A stretch of 64,000 nucleotides of DNA from positions 320,001 through 384,000 of the forward strand of contig CAWGKG010000014.1 of the NCBI GenBank assembly GCA_963823035.1. Reading direction: 5' to 3'. Under the pieces are notes generated by a model. The model saw only the letters and a program-made list of their open reading frames with translations. It ran no database searches and was not told where the DNA came from. Origin of the DNA: an uncultured Gemmatimonadales bacterium. GTDB taxonomy: Bacteria; Gemmatimonadota; Gemmatimonadetes; Longimicrobiales; Gaopeijiaceae. Positions 49,780 to 61,220 of the stretch are shown here, piece by piece. A program made the translations under genes and the position numbers. Position 1 is the stretch's first letter; each line of letters opens with the position of its first letter.

Positions 49780-50718
49780 TCAAGGTCCGACCTCCTCACC
49801 CTGCTCGGTCCCCTCGGCGTAGACCACCTGCCGCTTCACGCGTACGGCGCCTCGCTGCGGCACCACGGGATCTCCCTTCCGGCCAGCCCACGCCTCCGTG
49901 AACTCGGCGCCGAGCAGGAGGATGATCGAGCTGTAGTAGACCCAGAGGAGCGCGATCGCGAGGGAGCCGGCCGCCCCGTACACGTTGTTCAGGTCACGCA
50001 GGCCGAGGGAGTAGCCGATGAACAGCTTGCCGACCGTGAAGAGCACGCCGGTGAACACGCCGCCGACGAGCGCGTCCCTCCAAAGCACCACCGCGTCGGG
50101 CACGTAGCGCAGCACGACGGAAGCCAGCAGGCTGACCGCGGTGAAGGACACCGCGAGGTCCACCACCATCAGCGCCGGTGAGCGCAGCCAGGCGGGCACG
50201 ACGCCGCTGAAGATGTTCTGCAACGCCGAGAGGACCGTGCTGGCCACCACGGACACGAGGAGGAGGAGCCCCAGGGCGCCGAGCATCACGAGGGAGATCG
50301 CGCGCTTGACGAAGAAGGTGTAGATGTCGCTGCGCTTCGGGTCCGGCTGGACGCCCCACGCGGTGTTGAGCGCCGCCTGCAGGCTGGTGAAGGCCGCCGT
50401 GGCACCGAAGAGAAGAGCCACCGCGCCGACGATGGCCGCCGGGCCGGCGAACTCGGGACGGACCGCATTCTCGACGACCGTCACGATACGGCTCGCGCTC
50501 TCGAACCCGACGAACGCGGTCACCTGGTCCGAGACGAGGCGGCGTAGCTCGCCCGGCTTGACGAAGTGGTTGGCGATCAGGGCGAGCAGGCCCAACATCG
50601 CCGGCATGGCGAAAACGCTGTAGTACGACAGTGCCGCGGCCATGCGCGGGCAGTCGTCGGCGACGAACGCCGTGAGGACCCTCCAGATGAAGCGTCCCGT
50701 CGCACGGAGCGCGCTCAT
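49780..50718 (-). CDS. YihY/BrkB family membrane protein
   Basis: MAAALSYYSVFAMP, LQAALNTAW, YGAAGSLAIALLWVYYS, LLGAEF. Confidence 0.92.
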   Translation of the reverse strand: MSALRATGRFIWRVLTAFVADDCPRMAAALSYYSVFAMPAMLGLLALIANHFVKPGELRRLVSDQVTAFVGFESASRIVTVVENAVRPEFAGPAAIVGAVALLFGATAAFTSLQAALNTAWGVQPDPKRSDIYTFFVKRAISLVMLGALGLLLLVSVVASTVLSALQNIFSGVVPAWLRSPALMVVDLAVSFTAVSLLASVVLRYVPDAVVLWRDALVGGVFTGVLFTVGKLFIGYSLGLRDLNNVYGAAGSLAIALLWVYYSSIILLLGAEFTEAWAGRKGDPVVPQRGAVRVKRQVVYAEGTEQGEEVGP

Positions 50719-50805
50719 GGCGAGGCGCGCCGCGCCGTCACGCTGGGCCGCGCATCCCGGTAGGTGAGCGCGCCTGCACCCTCGCGGAGGGGCGGAGGGG
50801 TGACG

Positions 50806-51015
50806 CTACGCGCTCGCGCCGGCCTCCGTCGGACCGATCCCCGTCGGGCCTTCCTTCCGCCTCGGCGAGTCGACCGACGATTCCACCCGACGCGCCATGC
50901 GCGCGTGCCGGCGCTCGCGAGCCCGCCGTGCGTGGAGTGCGGCCTTCTCGATCTCAGGCTCCTCGTGGCCGGGATGGCCCGCTCCCCAGATCCGGATGAG
51001 CTCGTTCCAATCCAT
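50806..51015 (-). CDS. hypothetical small protein
   Basis: MDWNELIRIWG...; GGGGGA upstream; no recognisable family. Confidence 0.35.
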   Translation of the reverse strand: MDWNELIRIWGAGHPGHEEPEIEKAALHARRARERRHARMARRVESSVDSPRRKEGPTGIGPTEAGASA

Positions 51016-51247
51016 CGTCCCCCCAGGTCGGGCGATTGGTAGTGCGGCGGCCGTCGGAGAGCCAGCACGCGGACGCGCGCCCCACCCTCCGATCCAGGAC
51101 GCCGTGCGACGAACACCGCCGTGTCGTGAATGTACATTCTGGCTGCAAGGTCTATGCCCTGGCCGGCGCCGCAACCCTCCCGCCTCGCTCACCCGCGTGC
51201 GGCGACGCTCCGGTAGGCCGAAGTGGGCGGGGCGCGGACCGTCGCAG

Positions 51248-53950
51248 TCAGCCGCCCGCCGCCTCCGCCCACCTCGCGTCGACCACCGCGAACGCGCCCG
51301 CCGGCAGACCGACGTCCGTCCGTACCAGGAGCTCTGCCGCTCGGGCGGCCCCGGCCACGTCCGGGAGCACGCCCTCGAGCCGAGCCACCGCGGCGGGTGC
51401 GGCGGCCAGCACGACACGGGCGAGCGGCGCGCCCAACGACCTCTGCGCTTCGGTCTTGAAGCGCCGGACGGCCCCGATCGCAGAGACGGCCACGCCGAAC
51501 GCACCCGGATCCTCCGCGCCGGGCATGCCGTCCAGCTCGGACACTCCCGGCCAGGGCGCCCGGTGGATGCTGGAGTACCCGGTGCCGGCCGCCGCCTCCC
51601 AGGACCAGATCTCCTCGGTCACGAAAGGGAGGAAGGGTGCGAGCAGGCGCACGATCACGGTCAGCGCGAGACGCAGCGTGGCGGCGGCCGACGCCGCACC
51701 CTCCCCTTCCCCACCGCGCAGCCGGTCCTTGACGAGCTCGATGTAGTTGTCGGCCAGCCCGCTCCAGAAGAAGCGCTCCGTCTCGGTGAGCGCCGTGGCG
51801 TGGTCGTACGACTCGAGCGCCGAGGTCACACGCACGATCAGCGCCCCCAGCTCCCCCACGAAGGCGCGGTCGAGCTCACGGGTGGGCGTCGCGGCGGGCG
51901 GCGCGGGCCACGTGTGCACGAAGCGCGCGGCGTGGAACAGCTTCGTCGCCAGCCTCGCGCCGATCTTCAGCACGGCCTCGTCGAACGTCGTGTCGACACC
52001 CAGCCGGGCCTGCGCCGCCCAATAGCGCACGGCGTCCGCCGAGTAGCGGTCGATCCACGCTTCGGGCGTGATCACGTTGCCGGCGCTCTTGGACATCTTC
52101 TTCCGCTCCGGATCACGCACCCAACCGCTCACGAGCACGTCCTTCCACGGAATCGAGCCCTCGTGCAGGAGGGACTGCACGATGGTGTAGAACGCCCAGG
52201 TTCGGATGATCTCGTGCGACTGCGGGCGCACGTCGAAGGGAAAGAGCGCCCGGTGGCGCGCGGGCTGCTCGGGCCATCCGGAGGTGATCTGCGGCGTGAG
52301 GGAGCTGGTGACCCAGGTGTCGAAGACGTCGGGGTCGGCGGTGAACCCTCCCGCACGGTCGCGCTGTTCCGCGCTCCATCCCGCCGGCACTTCGGCCATC
52401 GGATCGACCGGGAGCCGCGACGGGTCCGGTCGGATGGGTCGGCTCCACTCCGGACGTCCCTCTTCGTCGAGCGGGTACCACAGGGGGATCGGCACGCCGA
52501 ACCACCGCTGGCGGCTCACGCACCAGTCGAACTGGAGGTGCTCCGTCCAGTCGCGGTAGCGCGCCCCCGCGAAGGGCGGATGCCAGCCGACCCGGGCGCC
52601 CGCGTCCAGCAGCGCGGGCACCTGGTCGAGGAGGCGGACGAACCATTGGCGGCTGGTGAGGAATTCGAGGGGCTCGTCCCCCTTTTCGTAGTATTTCACC
52701 GCGTGCTCCAGGGGCGTGGGCCCGGCGCGCAGCGCAGGCGCCGCCGAGCCGTGCCGGCGTCTCTCCGCCCCGGATCCGGTCCCCGGCTCGCGCAGCATCG
52801 CGACCACCGCCGCGCGGGCCGCACGCACGGATGTTCCCTCGACCCGTGCGTACGCCGCGGCGGCCCGTTCGGGGTCGAGGCTCGCCGGCTCGGCCGTGAA
52901 ATCCACGCCCACCAGCCGCCCGTCCGCACCGAGGACCTGGCGGAGAGGAAGCCCCTCCTCCCGCCACCACTCGACGTCGGTCTGGTCCCCGAACGTGCAC
53001 ACCATGACCGCTCCCGTCCCCTTGTCCGGCTCCACCCTCTCGCTGGCCAGCACCGGCACCGGGACGCGGAAGAGCGGCGTGACGGCGCGGCGTCCCACCA
53101 GGCCCGTCAGACGCGGATCGTCCGGGTGCACCATCACGGCCACACAGGCGGGAAGCAGCTCGGGGCGCGTCGTGGCCACGACGAGCTCGCGAAGGGTCGG
53201 GGACCCGTGGGCCGGCGCGGTACCCTCCGCCTCCCCGTCTCCGCCGAGGAGCTCGAACGCGATCTCGTGCATCGCCCCCTTGGTCGGGCGGTCCTCGACC
53301 TCCGCCTGCGCCACGGCGGTGCGGAAGCCCACGTCCCACATCATCGGCGCCTCGGCCATGTAGGCGTGGCCGGCCTCGAGAAGGTGAAGAAAGGCGAGCT
53401 GCGCCACGTGCCGGCAGCGCTCGTCGATCGTGGCGTACTCCTGCCGCCAGTCCACCGACAGGCCGAGCCGCGTCCACAGGTGCTTGAAGGTGCGCTCGTC
53501 CTCCACCGTGACCTGTCGGCAGAGCTCGATGAAGGCCCGCCGGGACAGGGCGCGCAGCGCGCCGCCATCGCGAGGTCCCGACGGCTCGAGGTGTAGCTCA
53601 CCCTCCCAGGGGAGCGAGGGGTCGCAACGCACGCCGTACAGGTTCTGAACCCGCCGCTCGGTCGGAAGCCCGTTGTCGTCCCACCCCATCGGATAGAAGA
53701 CGTTGCGGCCCCGCATGCGCTGGAAGCGCGCGACGAAGTCCGTGTGCGCGTAGCTGAAGGCGTGGCCGATGTGCAGTCGGCCGGAGACCGTCGGCGGTGG
53801 GGTGTCGATCGAGAACGTGGCGTCGCGCGACGCGCTCGGATCGTAGTGGTGGACCCCCGACGCCTCCCATGCCTCCGCCCATCGGCGCTCGGTGGCCGAC
53901 GCGTCGTAGCGCTTCGGGATCGTGCCGGTGGTTTCCGTCGTCGAGCTCAT
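51248..53950 (-). CDS. valS: valine--tRNA ligase (short archaeal/actinobacterial-like type)
   Basis: DTPPPTVSGRLHIGH, PMGWDDNGLPTE, DWCVSRQR, DVFDTW, KMSKS; no C-terminal coiled-coil arm. Confidence 0.95.
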   Translation of the reverse strand: MSSTTETTGTIPKRYDASATERRWAEAWEASGVHHYDPSASRDATFSIDTPPPTVSGRLHIGHAFSYAHTDFVARFQRMRGRNVFYPMGWDDNGLPTERRVQNLYGVRCDPSLPWEGELHLEPSGPRDGGALRALSRRAFIELCRQVTVEDERTFKHLWTRLGLSVDWRQEYATIDERCRHVAQLAFLHLLEAGHAYMAEAPMMWDVGFRTAVAQAEVEDRPTKGAMHEIAFELLGGDGEAEGTAPAHGSPTLRELVVATTRPELLPACVAVMVHPDDPRLTGLVGRRAVTPLFRVPVPVLASERVEPDKGTGAVMVCTFGDQTDVEWWREEGLPLRQVLGADGRLVGVDFTAEPASLDPERAAAAYARVEGTSVRAARAAVVAMLREPGTGSGAERRRHGSAAPALRAGPTPLEHAVKYYEKGDEPLEFLTSRQWFVRLLDQVPALLDAGARVGWHPPFAGARYRDWTEHLQFDWCVSRQRWFGVPIPLWYPLDEEGRPEWSRPIRPDPSRLPVDPMAEVPAGWSAEQRDRAGGFTADPDVFDTWVTSSLTPQITSGWPEQPARHRALFPFDVRPQSHEIIRTWAFYTIVQSLLHEGSIPWKDVLVSGWVRDPERKKMSKSAGNVITPEAWIDRYSADAVRYWAAQARLGVDTTFDEAVLKIGARLATKLFHAARFVHTWPAPPAATPTRELDRAFVGELGALIVRVTSALESYDHATALTETERFFWSGLADNYIELVKDRLRGGEGEGAASAAATLRLALTVIVRLLAPFLPFVTEEIWSWEAAAGTGYSSIHRAPWPGVSELDGMPGAEDPGAFGVAVSAIGAVRRFKTEAQRSLGAPLARVVLAAAPAAVARLEGVLPDVAGAARAAELLVRTDVGLPAGAFAVVDARWAEAAGG

Positions 53951-53991
53951 AACGACTCCGAGTTCCACGAAAAAGGGCGGGGACGCTGTCA

Positions 53992-54008
53992 ATGTCAACG
54001 TTTGACAT
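53992..54008. promoter_or_regulatory. palindrome formed by back-to-back TTGACA boxes between divergent valS and methyltransferase
   Basis: ATGTCAA-CGT-TTGACAT perfect 7-3-7 inverted repeat, plus a further TGTCAA at 53987. Confidence 0.5.
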
Positions 54009-54037
54009 CCGCTCCGGCGCACCCGAGTCTTGCACGG

Positions 54038-54712
54038 ATGAGCCACAGTGTTCGTCGGCACCTGCACGTGGAGATCGAGGCGTACGACGCCTCCATCCGA
54101 CGGTGGATCCCCGGCTACGAAGCGATGCTGGCCAGGGCCGCCCGGGAAGTCGCATCCGTGTCTCCCTCCCACGTGCTCGACCTGGGCGCGGGCACCGGCG
54201 CGCTCGCTGCCGCGATCCTCGCGCACGACGCGGTCGGCTCCGTCGAGCTGCTCGATGTCGACAAGGAGATGCTTGCGCGGGCACGCAACCGTCTGCGCGA
54301 CTTCGGCGAGCGCGCCCGCTTCACCGTCCGCTCCTTTTCCGAGCCCCTTCCCCCCTGCGACGCGGTGGCTGCTTCCCTCGCCCTGCACCACGTGCCGACC
54401 ATGGAGGAGAAGGCGGTGCTCTTCGGCCGGATCTTCGAAGCACTCCGTCCCGGCGGAGTGTTCGTGAACGCAGACGCGACCATGCCGGCCGACGAGTCGC
54501 GACGCGGGGCCGCGTTCGACGCCTGGGCCGCGCACATGGCGCGATCGGGCATCGACGACGCGCAGGCCCGCAGCCACTTCGCGGATTGGTCGGGCGAGGA
54601 CACGTACTTCCCCCTGGAGGACGAGCTGGATGCGCTCGCGGCGGCCGGCTTCGACGCGCGCAGCGTCTGGCGCGACGAGCCGTCGACCGTCGTGGTGGCG
54701 CGCCGCCCCTGA
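54038..54712 (+). CDS. class I SAM-dependent methyltransferase
   Basis: YDASIRRWIPGY, VLDLGAGTG, ASLALHH, LRPGGVFVNAD. Confidence 0.88.
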   Translation: MSHSVRRHLHVEIEAYDASIRRWIPGYEAMLARAAREVASVSPSHVLDLGAGTGALAAAILAHDAVGSVELLDVDKEMLARARNRLRDFGERARFTVRSFSEPLPPCDAVAASLALHHVPTMEEKAVLFGRIFEALRPGGVFVNADATMPADESRRGAAFDAWAAHMARSGIDDAQARSHFADWSGEDTYFPLEDELDALAAAGFDARSVWRDEPSTVVVARRP

Positions 54713-54737
54713 TCGGGGCGCGGCCGCGCGGACCGGG

Positions 54738-55631
54738 TCAGGACCCGGCGGAGGCAAGTCGCTCGCGAACCTCGCGCATCCACCGCGTCACCGCGTTGCC
54801 CTCCGTGGCCTCCAGGGCCTCCCGGAGCGCGGGCAAGGCGTCGAAGGTACGCTGCCGGCCCGCCTCGATCAGGGCGGCGCGATCGCGGGCGCGGACCTTG
54901 GAGAACCCGGCCAGGTCGGGGTCGATGAGGACGTCGGCCTCCGCGAGGATCTCGTAGCGCATCTGGCTGTTCACGGCGATGTCGAAGGCGTTCGCCACCA
55001 CGTGCCGGAGGCTCTTCACCTCCTTGAAGGGGAGCGCGAAGCCGAGGCTCACGGCCACCACCAGCGGCGCGCCCATCTCCCGCACGGCACGGGCCGGCAC
55101 GTTCTCCACCAGGGCGCCGTCGACCAGCAGCCGTCCGTCGACCTCCACGGGCGCGTACACCCCGGGCACGCAGCAGCTCGCGCGCACCGCCTTCGCCGCC
55201 GGTCCCCGGTCGAGGACCACGCGTTCGCCCGTATTGACGTCGGTGGTCACCACGCCGAGGGGGATGCGCGCATCCTCCAGGCGGACGTCTCCCAGCGCCG
55301 TGCGCAGGATGTTCTCCAGCCCCTCGTTCGTCGCCACGCCGAGCCGGCCGAAGGGGGTGGCCCGGGTCATCGTGCCCCACCCCAGCTCGGCGAGGGCGGC
55401 GGCCGCGGCGGTGGCCGAGACGCCGAAGGCGGCGAACACCGCCGCGATCGCGCCCGAGCTCGTACCGGTGAGCCATCCGGGCGTCAGCCCCTCGTCTTCC
55501 AGCGCCGAGAGCACGCCGAGGTGGGCCAGACCGCGGACGAATCCGCCACCGAGCGCCAGCCCGAATCTCCCCGACCCGGCGGAGGCATGGCGCTCGACTG
55601 GCTTCTCGAGGGTTCCTGGGACCGTGCTCAC
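54738..55631 (-). CDS. patatin-like phospholipase (RssA/NTE-like)
   Basis: LALGGGFVRG, GTSSG, LVDGA. Confidence 0.9.
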   Translation of the reverse strand: MSTVPGTLEKPVERHASAGSGRFGLALGGGFVRGLAHLGVLSALEDEGLTPGWLTGTSSGAIAAVFAAFGVSATAAAAALAELGWGTMTRATPFGRLGVATNEGLENILRTALGDVRLEDARIPLGVVTTDVNTGERVVLDRGPAAKAVRASCCVPGVYAPVEVDGRLLVDGALVENVPARAVREMGAPLVVAVSLGFALPFKEVKSLRHVVANAFDIAVNSQMRYEILAEADVLIDPDLAGFSKVRARDRAALIEAGRQRTFDALPALREALEATEGNAVTRWMREVRERLASAGS

Positions 55632-55899
55632 GCCTGCTCGCGGTGGAAGAGATCCATGTCGGTGGAGGGAGGGACCGCACCGACCCGACGAAGCATCGTC
55701 GCAACCCGTCCCCGCCGATAGGTGCCGTGGTTGACCCAGGGGGCGTACGCGTTGGAGCCCGCGGATCTCTTCGAGGCGCGTCCAGTGGGTCTCGGAAGTG
55801 GGCGTGCGTGGGATACGGCGTTCCCGAGAACGATACTCCTTTCCCCGAGTCGGGTGCCCGAGGGTCCGGCTCTCGCCAAAGGCGCCGCCACCCGGGAAA

Positions 55900-55915
55900 T
55901 GGCATGCGGATTGCT
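55900..55915 (+). promoter_or_regulatory. sigma54 (-24/-12) promoter
   Basis: TGGCATGCGGATTGCT; GG at 55901 and GC at 55913 give the canonical spacing; 90 nt upstream of the OMP gene. Confidence 0.75.
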
Positions 55916-56005
55916 AACATTCGCGGCCGTGACACCGGTGTGTCAGGGGCGTAGCCCGCGCCCCACCGGCCGGTGGTGTTTTTCCATGCGCCCCAGGAGA
56001 CCACC

Positions 56006-56658
56006 ATGCGCGCCACCCTACCGCTCGCGGCGTTGCTCGCCTTCGCCGTGACCCCCCTTGCGGCCCAGTCCCCCGAGCTCTCCGCCGGGGGCCTGATCGG
56101 ATTTCAGAATGGCGTGAGCTTCCAGGCCTTCGGGACCGTGCGCAACCTCGCGCAGGGCCTCCCGCTCGCCTTCCGCATCCGTCTGGGGCGCACCGGCATG
56201 GATCCAGGGAGCCCGAGCGAGGCGAGGCGCATCTTCATCAACAACGCGACCAACGGGACCCCGGTCGAGAGCGGACGCACGTTGGACGCGGGGTTCGACC
56301 TGGTGCTCCCCCGCGGACAGCGGAGCAGCTTCTACGCGGGCGTACGCCGCACCTCCTTCCGCGCCAACTTCAAGTTCGTGGGTGGCAACGAGGACTTCGA
56401 CGTCACGACCACGCAGTGGGGGCTGGGCGCGGGCATGGAAGGCGCCTATCCGATGACGCGCAAGATGGACCTCGTCCTCTCCGGTGGCGCGGAGTGGTAC
56501 CGCGCTGCACAGCTGAAGGGGCACGACACGGTGTACAGCCCCGGTGGAGAGAGCGTGAATCCGCGCGAGGACTACACCTACAGCGACGCGGACAAGGCCG
56601 TGCACCAGCCCAAGCTGCGCCCGACCCTGATGCTGGGGGTCAGCTACCGTCTGGGCCG

Positions 56659-56662
<4 letters not shown>
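56006..56662 (+). CDS. outer-membrane beta-barrel protein
   Basis: AGGAG RBS, signal peptide, amphipathic strands, terminal LMLGVSYRL. Confidence 0.8.
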
Positions 56663-57954
<1,292 letters not shown>

Positions 57955-57966
57955 GGCTCCCACCCG

Positions 57967-57997
57967 AAAAAAGGCCCGTCCCTTCGGGGGACGGGCC
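57967..57997 (-). terminator. intrinsic terminator hairpin upstream of purA
   Basis: Minus strand GGCCCGTCCC-CCGAA-GGGACGGGCC-TTTTTT. Confidence 0.8.
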
Positions 57998-58021
57998 GCT
58001 GATTCCTGGTTCCTTCAGGAA

Positions 58022-58050
58022 AAGCTAGGGGGCCCCCCGGAGGGCGTCAA
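58022..58050 (-). promoter_or_regulatory. sigma70-like promoter for purA
   Basis: Minus strand TTGACG-17-TAGCTT. Confidence 0.55.
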
Positions 58051-58065
58051 CGGATTCGACGGACG

Positions 58066-60753
58066 TCAGTCGAAGCGCAGCGTCTCCGCGGGATCCACGC
58101 GTGTCGCGCGCAACGCGGGAACCCACGCGGCGAAGAGCGCGACGCCGAGCAGCAGGAGCGCGACACCGCCCAGGACCGCAGGATCGTGGGCGTCGACCTG
58201 GAAGAGCAGCCCCTCGAGGAATCGGCCCCCCAAGACGGCCAGCGCGACCCCGATGGCGAGTCCACCACCCACCAGGAGGAGACCTTGGCGGATCACCAGC
58301 GCTCGCACCTGTCCGGCCGGTGCCCCCAGGGCGACGCGCACGCCGATCTCACGGGTGCGCCGCCCGACGGCGTAGGCGAGCAGGCCGTAGAGGCCGACGC
58401 CGGCCAGCAGGAGCGTCGCGGCCGCGAAGAACGTCAGCAACACGAGCGTGAAGCGGGTCCGCGCGGCCGAATCGGCCACCAGCTCCGGCAGGGGGCGCAG
58501 CGGCGTGACGGGCTGCGCGGGCGCGAGCGCGCGCACCATCCTGCGCACGGGTTCGACGAGCGCCTCGGCGTCCTTGTCGGCGCGCACCACCAGCGCCATC
58601 GATTGGCTCGTCGCGGGCAGCACCGGCACGTACACGAAGGGGAACGGCGACGGCGAGCGCGCCACCACGTCGCGGATGGAGGGCACGACGCCCACGATGG
58701 AGAACGTGTCGCCCGCCGTGACGAGTCGCCGTCCGATGGGGTCCTCGTCTCCGTAGTGGCGGCGCACCAGGTCCTGGCTCACCACGGCGGCGCGCACGCC
58801 GCCCGGGCGTGCGTCGTCGCGCGTGAGCGTGCGTCCGCGCAGGAGGGGGATCCCCAGGGTCGAGAACAACTCCGGCGTCACGACCCGGAAGCGGGACAGC
58901 CGCTGCTCGCCGGGGTCGGCCGGACGGTCGAGCAGCTCGTAGTCGAAGACGACGCCGAAGCCCGTGAACGGGGCCGAGCTCGTCAGCGCGGCGCTGCGCA
59001 CGCCCGGCAGGGCGGCGGCCCCGGCCAGGATCTCCTGGTAGTAGGCCTCCCGCTCCTCGGCCGAGGCGAAGTCCGAGTCCCCGATCGGCAGTCCGGCCAC
59101 CAGCACGCCACGCGGCTCGAACCCCAGGTCGACGTGCTGGAGCCGCCAGAAGCTCTTCCCCAGGAGGCCGGCGCCGAAGAGGAGCGCGAGGGCGAGGGCG
59201 ACCTGAGCCACCACCAGGCCGCCGCGCAGCCGAGCGGCACGCCGCCCACCACCCGTGCGCCCCGCGCGCAGAGCCCCGATGGGATCGCGCAGCGAAGCCA
59301 GCGCCGGGAGGACTCCGAACACGAGCGCGGCCGCGAAGGCGGCGGCGGCCGCGAACCCGAAAGCGGGTGCTCCCATGGCGACTTCGTCGAGCCGGGGCGT
59401 GCCGGGAGGGGCACCGGCCAGCAGGCCCGAAAGCGCGAGCCTCGCGACGATCAGCCCGAGGAGCCCGCCGAGACCCGCCAGGACGGCGCTCTCGGTCAGG
59501 AGCTGAGCCGCAAGCCTCCGCCGGCCACCCCCGAGCGCCGCGCGCACCGCGACCTCGCCCTGGCGCGCGGTGACACGCGCGAGGAGGAGGCCGCCCACGT
59601 TGATCGCGGCAACCAGGAGGACGAGCGCGACCGCGGCCATCAGGATGCGCAGCTCCGCGCGCACGCTTCCGACGGTGGCCTCTTCGAGCGAGCGCACACC
59701 GATCTCGAGCTTGCGGTCCGTGTCGGGATACGCGTCGCGCAGCGAGGCGGACAACCGGCCGGCCTCGGCGCGCACCACCTCCATGTCGGTGCCCGGCCGG
59801 AGGCGGCCCACCACCTGGATCCAGGAGATCCCACGTTGCGTGCGCCAGTCGGGGCGGTCGAGCACCAGGGGCGTCCATACGTCGGTGCCGGCGGGCATCA
59901 TCGGGCCCGCCGGGAGCACACCGATCACCTCGCGCGCACGGCCGTCCAGGACGAGCGTCGTGCCGATCGCGTCGGCGCGTCCCCCCAGCCGGTCCGTCCA
60001 CAGCGCGTGGCTCACGACCGCGACGGGCGCGCCGGCTGCCCGCTCGGCTTCCGTGAACGTCCGCCCCAGGGCCGGCTCGACGCCCAGGGTCCGGAAGAAC
60101 CCCACGTCGGCCTCGGCGACGCTCACCCGGGCGGGCTCTCCCTCGACGACCACGTTGGCCCCGTCGGGCGTGTACGCGCCCATGGACTCGAAGGCCCCGA
60201 GGCTCTCGGCGAAGTCGCGGTAGTTCGGGGCGGACAGCCAGTAGGAGCCGTCGTCGCCGTCCTGCCCGACTCGATAGAGCCGCTCGGCCGCGGGATAGGG
60301 CAAGGGGCGAAGGAGCACCCCGTCCACCACCGTGTAGACCGCGGTCGCCGCGCCGATCGACAAGCCCAGCGTGAGGAGCACCGCCGCGGCGAAGCCGGGA
60401 CCGCGTCGCAGCATCCTGAGGGCGAAGCGAATGTCCTGCAGGCGGTCGTCCAGGCGTGATCCCATCGTGGCCATCGTCCCCTCCCCGTCGTTCGGTCGAT
60501 CCCCGTCGGCTTCCGTTTCCTCCGTCCACTGCCGCCACGCCGTCGTCAGGACGCCGCGCACGCTGCGGGCCCAGAAGGCGACCGCCGCGACGGCACCACG
60601 TCCGCGCGCCTCCTCCTCCCAACCCTCACGGAAGCAGGCGATCAGCTCCTCCCCCCAGCGGCGCCGGAATCCGCTCGGATGGAGGCGCAGCAGGAGGCGA
60701 TACAGGCGCTCCCCGGGAACGCCGCGCCCCGCAGGGCGGAGGGGGATGCTCAT
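58066..60753 (-). CDS. ADOP/MacB-like duplicated ABC permease
   Basis: LYRLLLRLHPSGFRRRWG, LQDIRFALRMLRR, RTREIGVRVALGA; ATGA overlap with padR. Confidence 0.92.
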   Translation of the reverse strand: MSIPLRPAGRGVPGERLYRLLLRLHPSGFRRRWGEELIACFREGWEEEARGRGAVAAVAFWARSVRGVLTTAWRQWTEETEADGDRPNDGEGTMATMGSRLDDRLQDIRFALRMLRRGPGFAAAVLLTLGLSIGAATAVYTVVDGVLLRPLPYPAAERLYRVGQDGDDGSYWLSAPNYRDFAESLGAFESMGAYTPDGANVVVEGEPARVSVAEADVGFFRTLGVEPALGRTFTEAERAAGAPVAVVSHALWTDRLGGRADAIGTTLVLDGRAREVIGVLPAGPMMPAGTDVWTPLVLDRPDWRTQRGISWIQVVGRLRPGTDMEVVRAEAGRLSASLRDAYPDTDRKLEIGVRSLEEATVGSVRAELRILMAAVALVLLVAAINVGGLLLARVTARQGEVAVRAALGGGRRRLAAQLLTESAVLAGLGGLLGLIVARLALSGLLAGAPPGTPRLDEVAMGAPAFGFAAAAAFAAALVFGVLPALASLRDPIGALRAGRTGGGRRAARLRGGLVVAQVALALALLFGAGLLGKSFWRLQHVDLGFEPRGVLVAGLPIGDSDFASAEEREAYYQEILAGAAALPGVRSAALTSSAPFTGFGVVFDYELLDRPADPGEQRLSRFRVVTPELFSTLGIPLLRGRTLTRDDARPGGVRAAVVSQDLVRRHYGDEDPIGRRLVTAGDTFSIVGVVPSIRDVVARSPSPFPFVYVPVLPATSQSMALVVRADKDAEALVEPVRRMVRALAPAQPVTPLRPLPELVADSAARTRFTLVLLTFFAAATLLLAGVGLYGLLAYAVGRRTREIGVRVALGAPAGQVRALVIRQGLLLVGGGLAIGVALAVLGGRFLEGLLFQVDAHDPAVLGGVALLLLGVALFAAWVPALRATRVDPAETLRFD

Positions 60754-61109
60754 GTCTCTCCCCGCGGGACGAGCTGCAGCTTGCGCGCCGTGCGTACGAC
60801 GGCGTCGAGGCGACCGGCCTCCGCGGCCAGGGCGGAGCGTCCCCGCGACGTGATGCGGTAGTAGCGGCGGCGAACGGCGTCCTCCGTGTCGTCGACGCCG
60901 CCCGCCTCCTCGACGAGGCCGGCCGACGACATCCGGTCGAGCACGTAGTAGAGGTTGCTGGGCGCCAGGCGGATCGCGCCCGCCGCCACCTCGGCGATCC
61001 GCTTCACGATCCCGTAGCCGTACTCCTCCCCTTCGGCGAGGACCAGGAGCACGCTGAACTCGAGCGGCTTCATGGGAGCGGGGCCGACATCCGGGGGATC
61101 GAGCGCCAT
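60750..61109 (-). CDS. PadR-family regulator
   Basis: EFSVLLVLAEGEEYGYGIVK, LYYVLDRM, RRRYYRIT. Confidence 0.92.
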   Translation of the reverse strand: MALDPPDVGPAPMKPLEFSVLLVLAEGEEYGYGIVKRIAEVAAGAIRLAPSNLYYVLDRMSSAGLVEEAGGVDDTEDAVRRRYYRITSRGRSALAAEAGRLDAVVRTARKLQLVPRGET

Positions 61110-61121
61110 GGCGTCCTCGTG

Positions 61122-61159
61122 CTGTTATGGAAATCATCATATGATGACATTCATAACAG
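61122..61159. promoter_or_regulatory. 38-bp AT-rich palindromic operator upstream of padR
   Basis: CTGTTATGGAAATCATCAT|ATGATGACATTCATAACAG contains two overlapping TATG-N8-CATA boxes. Confidence 0.75.
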
Positions 61160-61220
61160 ACGTTCGTGGGCCCGGCAAGGTTGGAAGTGGCTTCCCGAGC
61201 TGCCCACGGGCCGCCGGCCG

